A DNA stretch of 64,000 nt, taken from the NCBI GenBank assembly GCA_025786725.1, contig JAHLTZ010000025.1:364079-428078 (forward strand). Reading direction: 5' to 3'. The translations under genes were made by a program, and so were the position numbers. Below the pieces are notes generated by a model, which searched no databases, had not been told where the DNA came from, and saw only the letters and a program-made list of their open reading frames with translations. Of the stretch, positions 1 to 14,258 are shown piece after piece (within the stretch, counting starts at the first letter, position 1; each line of letters begins with the position of its first letter). The stretch is from Syncephalis fuscata S228 (lineage: Eukaryota > Fungi > Zoopagomycota).

Positions 1-1133
1 ATTCTTTCCCCCGATGTTTTCTTTTGATAGAAAGCCTGAAATTGAACTCGAGCAGAAAAGTGTTAAAAGCACACACTCTTTTGATATACTGGCTGCGTTT
101 GTACAAATATTCTTGAACAAGAAAAATCAACCTCAACAGTACCACAGCCAGCGTCTTTCTTATCGCAACCAAGCTTTGTCCAACAACAACCAATGCTGTG
201 CGATACCATCTACTCAGTTGCAACACCCATGATGATTGAAGAGTAAGCGGGGTCGATAACATAGAAATATCAGCCACCATACCATTTTGCAGCAGACATA
301 ACTACCTAACCGTCCTGCTAGCCCGTTTATTTGCGTTTCATTTGTGTTTGGCCATTACTATATGACAAACGTATTGCTTTCCTATGTTTCTTTTATTGTC
401 GTTTGCATGTCGATCATTTTTAAGTTAATACTGTATTAAATAGCAGTATTAGTATAAAGGTTTTTATTTCTAAAGCAAAACAGAATAATATGAATAGAAA
501 CAGCAATACTAATGTTTTGTTCGTTATCATTTACACAAAAGCAGATGATTTGAAATATAAAATAAAGTCTATTGTAGATAGTTTTACTCACGCAAAACAA
601 TAAACACACTCGCAGTTATTTTCATATATTATTTGAACAATAAATAGCTGAAACAATAGTTTTAATCCAAGAGAAATTGATAACTGAATTGAATCAATAT
701 ATTTATTATATGCTGTCAATAAATAAGGTAATGTATGCTACTATTGCAATAAAGAAAGTAAATTATATAAATGAGTATCCACGTGACTATAGCTTTTAAT
801 ACAGTAGTAAAATCTTAATAGTAGAGTCTGTGCTGTATTAATGGTTTGTTAAATGATATGAATATTATTTATATGCACTTAGTTTTGACTATTAGCAATA
901 CTATTTATTTATAGCAATATATGAATGAATGAAAAGTGTGTACTTGATAATTTTAATAAAATGTTTTAAGCATTATCGATGTCACAGAATGTGTACAATG
1001 CTAATTTCAGTAGCATAGATTGTATTGTCAAATATTAATCACATTGTATTTAATAATTTACATGATATGTTATAATTATAGTTGTTTACTAACTAGTACA
1101 CAATTAAAATGCAGAGAACAAATGATAGTTTAC

Positions 1134-2127
1134 TTATTTGTACACATGTATAGTTCTTGCAGTGGTAATATCAGATAAGTGAAGCATATGACTAGTTCTT
1201 GGGCGATGTGCAGAACCGGCATTTTTGTTTATATTTTGGCAGTGGTTGATCAATATTGTTGTAACGGCCACACTGAGGATATATAAGCTACATGTAAACA
1301 ATTAATTTTGCTACTTACCAGTCTACAACGAGAAACAAATCACTATTGATGTTGGACATAGCTTTGAGTATGAAAACAGAACAAACAAAAGTACATAGCG
1401 TGGCCAAAAGCATTGCTTGTATTCCATCGCGTGCTAGTTGCCTCCATGCATTAGATCCAAATATACGATACTGTTTTAGAGCGATGCGACAAAAAATAAT
1501 CGAAAACAGTGCGTTGATTGGCACATTAACACTAAGCCAATACCATACAGAAAGCCAAGGGTAATAAACTGCGCAGCCAATGATTTCTTCTAATGTAATA
1601 ATATCGCAGTATATTACGACGAAAGCGTAGGAAAGCTGTGTGATTATCAGCGGAATGCTGACGTACAGTATCCATTTTTGTCGACAAAGCACCAAGTAAA
1701 CCTTTTGAAGAAGCATTAAGCTGTTACAAGCCATTGTAAATGCTATATTAAATACGAAAACCCATATTGTAATGCGGCAATTGACAGGAAAGTCCAAGTA
1801 CATGCATATTACCACTAGAACAGATACAAAGCCCGAAATAGAAGGCGCCAAACAACACCACGATACCATGCTGCGAGGTCGTGATATAGTCATTTTACTG
1901 GCAACAACAAGATTACGCCAAAACACAGCAATTGCTAAGATATAAGCTACAATTTGAATTTGTATACCTAGTATTCTAAGGCGCTGCTTAGGAATGTCAC
2001 CGGTGGGTTCCATAAAAAAGTCAAATATGCGCATTTCGCCAAGTGGATGGAGATGAGCCCCCCATTGTTTTAAGTTGCTGCTCATCCACTCTGTGTACTT
2101 TGAATCGTTATAATCGATGAGCGGCAT
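1134..2127 (-). CDS. Orphan multi-pass (7TM/GPCR-like) membrane protein, 2 exons
   Basis: 270-aa ORF 1315..2127 with about 6-7 hydrophobic segments. GTAAG donor at 1318 and CAG acceptor at 1273 define a 46-nt intron that continues in frame (VAVTTILINHCQ...HVYK) to TAA at 1134. Shares layout and motifs with the 19430 gene. Confidence 0.8.
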
Positions 2128-4411
2128 TTTAGAAGAGTATATATTTATATATACTAATAATACGACATGAAATAAAAATGTCCTAGTGCGTGTTAACTAA
2201 AAAAATTGAACAATTGAAAAGTATATAGCAATTATAGCATACTTAACAATTACCAGGTTCCAATTATAATATTCTTGGTCCAAAGGTGTATTGTGATAAA
2301 CCTGTTATTGTTTCAAAGACTTCAACATGCGTGACAAAGAACAAAGAACTTTGATAGTGCACGCATACCATACACTCACAAGCCATATGGCGTTAAAAGC
2401 ACCCATTGTTCACTAGTAAAACAGAGGCCTCGCCCAATTGGCAGCTTTAGAATATGTTAAAAAAGGATTACGGAACAAATGAAGTAATTTATTATTGTAA
2501 AGCTATTAGTATTAAATAAGCTAAAAATAGCTATAACCATACATTTAACTGATCAGTGCGTAATATACGACTGTTAGTTATTGCCTAGCCATACCAGGTG
2601 ATATATTGGCGCCAGTCCAACGCCATATGAATCTCAGTTACAATAAAACATATAGTCAACTTTCAAGGCAAAAGGATTAATACGTTAGCGTAGAATCATG
2701 TGCTAAGCGTACCAATATAAACAGATGATAGTACGTGTAGTATCGTTTTAACTAGTTTTGGTTGTGGATGTGATATTGACTTGGATTGGCAGCAGTGATA
2801 TGTTTTAATTACAGCAAATTTATATGGAAATAAATCAAAATGGGATTTAGCATACTGTACTATTTACAGTAAACATAGCCTTTTGAAAATGTATGCATTT
2901 TTTGTTAAAATGCATTTAAACCTAATAAATTCATATAAACCACTAGATTGCAATGTAATACTATTTAATTTGGTCACAGGGGGACGACTATTAACTGCAG
3001 TATATTGTTCATAATAATCGCATCAAACAATCAATAATGTTTAAAAAGTATTCCTACCGCAGTCTAATAAAATGTCAAAAATTACATACCTAATAATGCT
3101 CTTCATTCTTACTTTGTGTCGAAACTGTACAGCAAAGATTGGAATAAACACAATGCCATAATATTTGTTTTACAAAACTATTTATTTTATGTGAATCGAA
3201 TAAAACAGAGATACTGTAATAATAGTGCATGATAATGCCAGTATTCTTTTTAACATCAATAATGTCTCATAAAATTTTAAACATAAAAGCATGCATCATT
3301 GGTCAGAAATCCACACAAACTATTTAGCTATTAAACAAAAATGGCTAAACTGGATTAATGTTGTAATGACACTATGTTCTAGGATATTAACAGCTTATCG
3401 ATTGCTACTTTTATTCAGTTTGCATTGGTTTTCAGATTTGCGCGATGTATGGTGCATTAACTGATGTTGCAACTATTCTCATTTGACCAAGCTATGTATC
3501 TCTGCCTGTTATCATGCATAAAACACAAAACTAGTAATGAATTTTGCTGCTATTATGTGTACTATTCAAGCCTGTATCTTAGTGTCTTTACCACCCACGC
3601 ATTCTTTCATTCGCTATGCTGAACATTGACCTAGTAGCCAATTTTCTACAATGTAGACCATCAATTGCATCAAATATAATGATGCATATTGGTTATTATA
3701 GTACCAGCATGTGTAAAAACTATTATTATAAAATGGATCTTGGACAGAAATAAGTTGTTCATATCTTTCTCATTGTATGTTTACTATATTTTGTACCAAT
3801 CACACATTATCAATAAAAAGTAATCTGGTTATTGCTAAACATATTCAATATGCTGGTGCGATGTATCGGCATGGCAATTAATTGATCACTGCTTTATTTT
3901 AAACACTGGTAATTATATTTTCCATAGCTAACACTATCGATGGTCCTATTGCCAATGCGTCTATACTTAATCGATATGTTCAAAGGTAATACCAAGTCAC
4001 TTATAACTGCTTTACAATAAACAATATACAACATCCATAGCATTTATCTTATAGTGCTCTTTATTTGGCACTCTGGCCATACTAGATGATCAGCGACCGG
4101 CATATATTATAGTAATATAGCATTACTAAAATAGGCCAATCATCAGCTACACATTAACAAATGTGTACCACCGTCTAACATGTGCTTATCAGCATTGTAA
4201 ATACAGATAGCAAAAGGAAAAAGCATGCTGTGCAACCTAAACAAGTAAAACAATAAACCTGTTTTTGCTACCAATAAATATGAAGTCAATTTTTCATTCA
4301 TATTTTGGAAAGACGAATGAAACCTGCTGAGATTACTCGAACTGCTGCTTGCTTGACTTTTACGCTCTTGTCTGGTTATTGAAACGGCATTATTAAAGGG
4401 CTAATATAACT

Positions 4412-6601
4412 ATGAAGTCGACCAGCCTACTCAAAGCAACACCATTCACCGCTGTGGCCTGGTTAGCCTTGGCCGGACTTTCTTTACTGCTGCTTACGTC
4501 AAGCGGCAACAAAGAAACGCGCTCTATACACCATGAACTAGAACTAGAAATAAATCAAAAAACTTTACTTCGTCGCAGTCTGGTGAGTGACGATTTGCTT
4601 TAAAGTTGCAATACAATACGATAACTAACAAATCGATGCACCATAAATATCTGCCTTTTTATTTATGGCACAATAAAACTGTATAGCCTGACAAAGAAGC
4701 ACACAAAGTGGGCCATTTGCCGTTTGAGTCAGATCAGACTCCTTTGGCCGGTAGCTATGCTGGCCATCTACCTGTGGCCAACTGTACTAGCCCAAGCGGG
4801 AGTTCGCAAGATTGTGGTGCACTGTAAGTTGGCTATTAATGCACCAAAATTTATACTAAATATACACAGATTTTATTGGTATTTTCCAACTGAAATGCCA
4901 AATGACGACAAGGCACCACTAGTAATGTATGAATACACACCACCATTGATATATTTGGCTAACCATCACGTAGCTGGCTTCAAGGCGGGCCTGGGTCTTC
5001 TTCTATGGTGGGGCTATTTTACGAGGTAGCTCAATTAACTATAATTTTATTGTAATTGTCTAAACAAACTGACGATAGCATGGTCCGGTCACTGTGTCCG
5101 ATAACAATAAGCTTATTCGACGCACAATTCCGTGGACCAAATCCGTTGATATGGTCTTTGTTGATCAGCCAGTCGGTACTGGATTTAGTTATGCCATGCC
5201 TGGCATTCCAGATGATGCTAATCCAAACCTTAGCCCGATTCGTTTCACCAATACTAATACACCAAATGACAATAGCAACGCAAAAAACGTCACTACAAGT
5301 AGCAGACCATTAACCTTGGAAAGATGTCACGCTGGTGGCTATGTCACGGATCAACAACAAGTTGGTCGAGACTTTGTCTATTTTCTTGAGCAGTTTTACA
5401 AAGTACATCCTGATCTTCAACAGCGCGAACTATTCCTCGCAGGTGAATCCTATGCCGGTAAATTCATTCCAGCAATTGCACAAAATATTTTGCAATACAA
5501 TCGCAAATCCGATACAAGTAAGTATATGTCTGATAACACTTATAATACTTTATTAAACCATATTGAATAGCGCACAAAATACCACTATCTGGCCTTGTGA
5601 TAGGTATTTATAGCAATAGACAAGCTATATTATTAATACACTAACAGTTTACATATAGGCAATGGCCTTACTGTTCCAGAGGTCCAAGTTAAATACAATG
5701 CTCAGTTGGCCGCCAATTTTGGTAAAAAGCATACCTAATTCACAGAGTCACTATAGCTAACTTGAGCAATATAGGATTGCTTTCGCATTCACAGACTCAA
5801 GAGTTGCAGCAGCTATGCGACAAAGCGTCAGAGCTAGCCATTAAAAAGGACTATCTATTGTCATTGGAAGCCCGTGAAAAGATGTTTAAATTATTCAACG
5901 AATATACAAGCAATGTTAACTATTACGATATCCGCGAAAAGGATATACCCAAGGAAAGAGCACGTATGATAAAATTCCTAAGCTCTGTGGAGATACTTGA
6001 TGCGCTGCACACCAATGGTCATCAGCTACACAGCGATTTGGCCGTTAAGGATTGCTTGGCAGTAAGTTACTAAATAAGAAAGCAAGTCGATTTTAACAAG
6101 TATCTATTTGTATAGTCGGATATTATGAAATCTGTCGGTGGCTTGTTTCCAGAACTGTTGGACAACTACCGCATTCTTCTTTTCCAAGGTAGCTTTCCGC
6201 ATATTCATTATCATTATTATTTATACTTATTTATTTACTATCTAATACAACAGGTCAATTTGATTTCCGTGATGGTCCTATAGGTAGCGAAGCATGGATT
6301 CGTCAGATTGACTGGCATGGCCGCAATACGTTCAACCAAGCGACACGCAAGGTAAGCATAGCAGCATAAAAAGCCAAATATAGCTGCAACAGCAATCTTA
6401 TTCTAATACTAATCTGTACCAATTGCAAAGCCATGGCGTACTAGCGATAAGCCAGGTGGCCTAGCCGGTTATGTTACGGAACATGACAATCTTAGTCATG
6501 CGATTGTATTGAATGCAGGCCATTTTGCACCAGCCAATGCACCAGAAGCCGTTCTTCAAATGCTAAATCGATGGATGCATAAACAAAGCATTGCCGCGTA
6601 A
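4412..6601 (+). CDS. Serine carboxypeptidase, peptidase family S10 (CPVL/Kex1/CPY-like), multi-exon
   Basis: Hydrophobic N-terminus. Spliced motifs SYAGHL, FYWYF, WLQGGPGSSS, FVDQPVGTGFSY, catalytic GESYAG, GQFD and AGHFAP; stop at 6599-6601. Confidence 0.92.
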
Positions 6602-7168
6602 TTTATTAATAGTAGTAGTATTATTACTAATGATTTAATAAACTTGACCGTTACATGATTATCACAAATACATTGCGCTATCTCGTTTATTTATCTAGAC
6701 TAATGAGCTATCATTTTATCTTCCAAAGTATGCTGACATTCTTTTACTAATAATATATCCTTTGCATCATAAATAATATATGAAAATAATTGCGAGTGTG
6801 TTTATTGTTTAGTTGTTTGACAGTTGCACCAACGACTAGTGCAAAGTTATTGTTTTGCTTTAGAAGTAACATTTTAAGAAATATGTAATATTCGATTGCA
6901 TTTAGATTTAAACATTTTTATGTATAAAGTTATTAATTGATTACAAGCTAGTGATCAGTTGTCATTGGTCTAATCACCTCACAAATGGCTATGACCATGA
7001 CACACACACACACGCACGCTATTGCCTCTGGCTATTCCTTCCTTCTCTTTCTTTGTTTCTTTTGCCTTTTTTGCAGTACGTGTCGGTACGGCTGATCAAA
7101 CAAGAATCAATCATCTTTATACCTTCGCAGTGTCTTGATTTGTCTGCTACATTTATTATTATTACAAA

Positions 7169-7797
7169 ATGACGACACCACTTGTTCGTGTAAGTTAAAC
7201 AACAAGCTGCGTTGACGTGGAATTTCTGCGCGCTACAATACAATTACAAATACATGTTATATTGCTATATAGCAAACGGTATAAATCTAAAGATCCACTA
7301 TACCTCTAGTTGCTATTACTGCTACGACTCTAATAGATTCAGTAGCAGTGTTTAATAATAACAATACCACGCGGTGATAAGAAAATGAAAAAATAGAATC
7401 TAGTTTTAATAATATATTTAACTGTTTGTATAGACTTCTCGCTGGGCTGCATTGGGCGGTGGTCTTGTTTACGGCTTTGTGCATCGCCGTTCACTAAGCA
7501 AGCAAGTGGCTGAGGAACGTGAGCAGGCAGAATATGCGCGCAAAGAACACTTGATTGCTGAGGCCAAATCAGAATACGCTAAGCGATATGCTCAACCAGC
7601 TGGTGATGGTAGGTCGTTTGTCACAATATCTAAAATAGACAAATTAACAACAATGCACAAAATCTATTTATTATTTAGTTATCACGGATCCAGAAAATCC
7701 AGCCTTTGATTTGGAAAAATTAATTAGTCATATGAGAAATCTAGCGCTTGAGTTTTGTTACATATCAATTCAAGCTTTTATTCAGCATTTCGTTTGA
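7169..7797 (+). CDS. ATP21: Mitochondrial ATP synthase subunit e (Tim11/Atp21), 3 exons
   Basis: MTTPLVR | TSRWAALGGGLVYG...EHLIAEAKSEYAK | ITDPENPAFDLEKLI matches the fungal subunit e pattern (GxxxG TM helix, coiled coil, acidic tail). Exact stop is uncertain because of a possible 1-nt indel near 7733. Confidence 0.85.
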
Positions 7798-8745
7798 TTA
7801 TTTGCTTAATGCTTTGATGCAAACTTTACTGCACAGTCACCATATCATTCTTATTAAAACTGTCGTCCATTTGGACTTTAGGACTGCCTTGATTTGCAAA
7901 TTAGATTAATGTAATTTAAAACATTGGTGCACAAACATACACAAATATATAATATACTACTGGATATAAATACTAACGCCAGTGAATAGACAAACGTCGA
8001 TAAATGATATCCTATATGATTTAGGTATTGTTATTGATGAATGGCCATGACATAACAGATAAAAACGTCATATAACTGTCAGGCCTATGTTAAACTGTTA
8101 TTGTGAAGAGCATAGCAAACAACACTGCCTTAAAGAAGACTAGTGTTGTAAGTTATGGCTTCTTTTGCGCAACAAGCAAATAAACAACAGGAATACAGGC
8201 ATCTGTTGTTGTAGTGGACTTTGCATAAAGCGGTTGTGCAATGAAGGGGGAATTGTAAGCGAATGAAAGCATGTGTAAGCAATAAACGAATATCAAATTC
8301 AAAGGATAGGATAACGAATGAGATAAAGCACAGTCAGTAGCGCATGCAACAATAAAGTATGCGCATGCGCATAATAATAAATGAAAGAAGCATTGTGCCG
8401 GCTGTAGTAGTGGTAGGTAATAGAGTAGTAGAAGTAGATGTATAGATGTATAGATGATAGGTGAGCTGTTGTTGTTGTGGTGGTGGTGGTTAGTAGAGAT
8501 AATGTGTTAGCAATGATAAAGAAAGTAAAAGCAATATCGATATCAAATCGGAAGAAAGAAACGATTGAACCAAGCTATCTTCAACCGTAAACAGAAAAGA
8601 AAGATAAACGAAACAGACAGAAGTAGTTAAAATGAAGTAGAATGTAAGCAGTGTAAAGCAGAGAGAGAGAAAACCGTAAAAAATAGTAAAAGACTGGCTT
8701 GGAATCTCGAGTACATATCATTAATTGTTTATGCACAACTGGTTA

Positions 8746-11700
8746 TTATGATAATTTCGGGTTTCGGCTACGTCGTCGAAATAGATTCGACACGGATGAA
8801 ACCTATATTAATAAAATAGAAATAATAGAAATAACAGAATAGAAATGGTTAGTAACAGATTATTTAAATTACTAATGAATTATTTATATTTGATTGCCAT
8901 AAGCAAATTAAATCACATTATTTTGTTTCGCTCTTGCATAGCAAGTGCACCACAACCGGTACACGCTTACCTAGCTAAACATATACAAACACGCCATGTA
9001 CAAATTACGAAGCGCATACCTTAATAGTCGAGCTCAATGGGGATTCTGATCCCAAGAACGATCGCTTATTCTTTAATTTAGGCGAGTGCGCTTTGTCATC
9101 TGTAGATGCTGTTATTGTTGTTGTTGTTGCCGATGAATCAATGACTGCTGTCGTCGAATCTGCTTCAATAGGCAGCAATACAGATGAATCAAGAATACTA
9201 GCATCTGGATTATCTGATGTAAGGACCATTGAGTTTTGTTGATCTATAAAGTAATTATAATAAATAAATAAACGATGTTATTATTAATGTTTATAATAGC
9301 TTACCTGAAAAACTCTTATCATGGCTCATTTCAGCTGCCTCGTTATCATACTGATTGTCATGAGCTGGCGATGTTGATCGATCCATCTCGTCATCGGCCA
9401 CGGCACTCTTGCGGCCACGTCGACGAATAGCACGACTTAGTCGACGCAGTGCTTGTGGTGTGTGTGGTCGTGCTGTACCATTACCGCGCAATGCACTAAC
9501 AACCTTCTTAAGACCGGATTTGCGCTTTGTTGTAGTGCTGGCTGGCACGGACAATGAATGGCCATCTTCTTCACCTTGGATCCCCGATGTATTCGACATA
9601 TCCTGCGAAGCTGGATCGGTATAGTCGGCCGTCACATCAAAGTCTGGAATCTTTGGACGACGGTGGAAGAGTGAACGGAAAAAGGTATCGGTATTGGTGG
9701 AGAACCGCTGGCTGCGTGTAGATCCACGAGTTGAAGCGGTGCCAGTGTTATTGGTCTTCTCCATAGTACTGCTATTGCTAGTGGACGTATTGGCCATATC
9801 TTGCGTCATTTTATGCAATACACGGCGCATTTGAACATTTTTATCTAGCAATTCTTGTCGTTCCAATCGATGTTGAAGCGAAGCAGCTTCATATTCATCG
9901 ATACGCGACTCGTAATGATCCCTTTCAAGATCGGCTGCACGTACAGCACGACGTAGTTCAAGTACCAACTCTTCCGACGTCATAGTAACTTCTTCGGCCG
10001 GTGTTGTATAGTCGATACGCAATAGCTCATTACGAAGCTCTTTAATGCGTAGACGGTCACGATGTAGCCGTTCCCGTAGAATATCCACTTCAGTAAGTGC
10101 AACCTGTCGCTCACGTTTAACATCGCGTGTTTCACGGCAAGCACGTTCCAGTTCCATCAGTAGTTGACGAAGACGTTTAAGTTCATCAGAACGAAGTCGT
10201 TCAACTTCTTTACGTTCTGTCTCCATTGTGCGGATACGTGTACGCTCTTTAACAAGTGTACGTTCTAGCGTAATAATCTAATAAACAGTATAATAGTCAT
10301 CGTAGATTGTCAATGCATATATCGTTAATGTACACAATAGCTTACCTCTTTACGCGCAGACTCTGCCTCTACAGTTAATACTTGTGCACGTGCTTCTGAC
10401 GTATTGGTCAATGCTTCAGCACGGGCCTTTTCAGCCAGTAGTTCACGTTGAACAGCTTCAAGCTATAATGCATCTATATTAGCGATAATGGCAATATTTT
10501 AATAGCTGCTAGCTTACCTTATCGGTCAATGTACGGCACGACTCTGATTCAGTGCGTAATTGGTCACGGACTTGTTCCAGCTCGGATAGCAATTCGCGTA
10601 CACGAACATTGGCTGCTGTTTCCTTTTCGGCAAACTGATCAGCACGACGACGTTCACTATGTATTTCAGTCTGAGCCGATTCAAGTTCTTCCAGTAATTG
10701 GCGAACACGAGATGCTTCAGCTGCTTCACCACGACGGCCTTCTTCGGCAAGCAGTCGTTCACGGCCTAGTTCTTGTTGTAGCTGTTCAAGCTGTCTAACA
10801 ACAGAGTCGGATCGTTCACGTTCGGTCTCGGTCTCTTTTCGAGCAGCTTCCATCTCGCTAAGAAGTGATTGAATGCGCTGTGCATCGTTGGACGATTGAG
10901 TACGTCCACCGTCTATTTCACCTCGTTGGCGATCTAGTGCAGCTTGTAGAAGTGCAAGCTGTTGCGTAATAGATTCGGCACGTTCACGCTCAGCAGCCGT
11001 TTCTAAATGCGATGCCTTTAGCTCTTCGCCTAAGTTTTCACCACGTCGCTGTTCTGCTTCCCATTTCTCTGTTGATTCACGCTCGGCTGCTTGGCTCTTT
11101 TCCAACTCGGCTTGTAAGGCTGTCATTTGTTCGTGTAATGCATCGGCTTGTTCCAAAGCAGTTCGGCGAGCAATATCAGCTTGTTCACGCTCATGAGCTA
11201 GTTCTTCACGTAGCGATACGATTAGACTATCGGCAGTTTCACGGCGTTGTGTCATTTCGGCCAGAGCAACGTTAACCGACTCTAATTCGGATTGAAGAGC
11301 AGCTAGACGTGCATCACGTTCGGCAAGTAGTGCCAGCTTCTCTTCAAGTTCACGGCGAAGTCTATCGGCCTCTTCGCGGCATGTATGGTGCATATCTTCA
11401 TCAGTTTGGTCGCCTTGGCTGACCATAACATTTCTAGTTGACTTCATGCTTTCTTCTTTAAGTGCAAGCTGTGTATAATCGTTAGATATATGCACCAATC
11501 ATTATTGTCACCATATATGCACTTACTTCACGGCGTAAACGTTCAGCAAATGCCGTTTCCATCTGACGAGCTCTAGCTTCCATTTCAGCTGTCATTTCTT
11601 CACGGATTTCAGCTTCACGTCTTGATAGTCTTGCCTCTGCTTCCATCCACTTCTGACGCAGCTCTGTAATCTGTGAAAGCAACGATTCAATGTACTCGTC

Positions 11701-13356
11701 CTGTTCATCAAGGTCCTCTTCCGTAGTTGCATTTAAGTTGGCATACACGTCAAAGTCATCATCGTCAAAGTCGTTGCCACGACTGGCTGGACGGCGACGG
11801 CGATAGTTCTCTAGCTTATTCATAGTCACCTCACGAGCAGCTGCAGCAAAACGAACTACATGGCTTGTTTCATGATAGTTAGTATCAAATGGATTCAAGT
11901 TAACAATCATTGCTGCACGGCCTTCACCAAAGAAATAGCCTTGGAACAATTCAGTCAACTTGCTATGTCGATACGGTACTACAACTGGCTTTGTTGGATT
12001 GGACTGATTATGACGAAGTGCTTCTAAACACTGGCCAAGTACCATTAGCGACTGATTGATATTACCAGCTTCCTTAAGACGCTGACCAGTATTGTGAGTA
12101 CGTTTATTACGTTCTTGTCCAGCTAAATCGACGATCGACATACGACACATAGCCACTTCGTCTAGTCGTTCTAGCAGCGTTTCTTCTGTAACATCTACTG
12201 GAATTTTAAGTAATTTAACTGTAAAAATACTATGACTACGGCTACTAGTTTGATTAAGCAGTGTTGAAAAGACGGTACGGTTACGCTGGCCAAGTTCTAA
12301 TATAGCGTATGCTTCTTCAATGGTACGTACATGCACTTCACGCAAACCGTGCATATATTTTGCACCGGTAGCTGGACAATGCGTAATAATAAGATTTTTA
12401 CGCTTATTATTAGGTGCTTCTGTTGTGTTGAGCAAGTCGTAGGCCTTTTCTGTGTAAATCTCGGCAAACGACACCCAAACCGAGTAGCGATAGCGTTCAT
12501 CTACGGGCATTTTTTCCGGCTCTAATACGTTGGCCGTTACCACATCCGCTGCCAATGCTTCTACAGTGAGCGGCGGTTCTTTACGGTTGCCGCGCTTTGG
12601 ACGATTGGCTGATGTGGCGCGAATAACTGATTCGGCACTATCCGATTTTAAATCATCACATAATTCAACTTCACAAAAACGCACTGGACGCATTTTAAGC
12701 GTAGTCATGCGGTCCTCAATGGTGGAGAAGAGTGTATTCAATGAACGTGGCAATACACCCGGATCTGTTCGTTCTCCCTGCACTGTAAACGTCTTACCAG
12801 AGTTGGTTACACCGTAAGCAAATACAAGTGCATCACGGCCGCGTTTTAACAAGTCCTGTACAAGTGGCATTGTTGTATTACGGAATATATGCGCTTGTTC
12901 CGCATTATACGGAAAGACACGGGCAAACCCAAACTGTTCCGGTACTCGATTACGTGCTTTTAGGTCATCTTCAGGCGGAATAAGCAGTACTTCGGTCTTG
13001 TTCATTACGCGAAGGTACGATGGATATGGCTGGCTGGCGTCTACCTCTTCATCCTCTGGCGGAGGACGAACACGTAGAAATGTTTGGATGGCATCCGATT
13101 CACGTTGCTGCATTAATAAGTCACCTCCACTACGGCGTACACCAAGTGAAGTACCCGGTCGAGAGGCGGAGAAGCGCGATTGCGGCCGACTTCTACCAAA
13201 GTTTGGTGTTGGTGTATACATCTGACGGCGTGGCGCGCGAGATGGAGGACGCGACCCGCCAGGGACCGGACTACTTTCTCCCGACACTACCTGGGTGGTA
13301 TCATCTGCCACAGAGCGTGCCCGCACGGGCAACTCTGATCGACTGCCGGATGACAT
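8746..13356 (-). CDS. Kinesin-6 family motor (KIF20/MKLP/Klp9-like) with long coiled-coil tail, multi-exon
   Basis: P-loop FAYGVTNSGKT, switch I SSRSH, switch II DLAGQER and VPYRHSKLT, with a long insert before SVWVSFAEIY (loop-6 insert typical of kinesin-6). Coiled-coil ORFs 10509..11498, 9291..10226 and 9005..9229 are joined by short introns. Start (ATG 13356) and last exon are tentative. Confidence 0.9.
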
Positions 13357-14203
13357 GCCACTAGTTGTATGCACTGTCAAATTAGTTATTATTATCGCTA
13401 ACTAAATTTGAATATTTACAATATAATAAATTATTATTATTCCGTTAGCCACCCATATTCACCATCCTTGTATAACTAGCTTACCTATTAATAGCGCTAC
13501 AGGCACAAAGTATTTTCTTGTCAATTATAAAGGTGGATACGTCTATATGTCAAACAATAACAATAGCAATAAAAGCTATAGTTAGACACACGGATGAGAT
13601 GACAATCGTTGAATGGTTGAATCAGGGGCTGAAATAAGCGGAGAAACGATGGCCAGTGCAAAAAGTTGTCTGTATGTCGTGCAAAGAATAATAGAAATTA
13701 GTGTAAGGAGAGAATTAATATGCAGAAGTGGCAATAAGTATGGTGTGGTTGGTTGTAAAAGGAGAAGGAAAAGCGAAAACAAGTAGCCATGTAAAAGTGA
13801 ACAGTAGTCATGTACAAAGATGGCGACCACGCCTTGGCTAAAAGACTGCAATTTGACCAAAAGGCCATTAAAAGCATTATAGTGATTGTGCATATCATAC
13901 AAATAGTCTATTGTATCGATATTGATACAGTAGCGTATTTGTTAATGTTATTTATCATTAAAGTAATGTTATAGTAACTGCTGTTCAGTTCATTGTAACT
14001 ACCGCTATAACTATTACCACAGCATTAAAAGCCATGTGTGTGTGCGTGTGTGCGTGTAATACAAAAATGGTGTACAAAAAGGAATATTCGGGTAAATGGC
14101 ATCAATATTGTAGTGGTCAAGGCTGCTCCTTACACTTGTCAGTATATCACACTAATTACACTATATTACTATAACACACTATAACACTATCTCCGCTTAT
14201 TTG

Positions 14204-14258
14204 TCACTCACTCACTCACTCACTCACTCACTCTATCTATCTATCTATCTATCTATCT
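14204..14258. repeat. Compound microsatellite (TCAC)n(TCTA)n
   Basis: Directly visible tandem tetramers. Confidence 0.9.

Noticed and set aside
1-300. Short ORFs at the window start (14..232 + and an open minus-strand frame)
   Set aside because: No recognisable motif and truncated by the window edge, so no call can be supported.
4724-5556. ORFs 4724..5029, 5056..5313 and 5335..5556 as separate genes
   Set aside because: They are partial or off-frame readings of carboxypeptidase exons and introns.
12110-12135. Switch II reads DLAGQER rather than DLAGSER; possible dead motor
   Set aside because: The substitution is at a variable position of DxxGxE, and the P-loop and switch I are intact.
9409-13364. 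Plus-strand ORFs overlapping the kinesin
   Set aside because: Antisense shadows of a strongly supported coding region.
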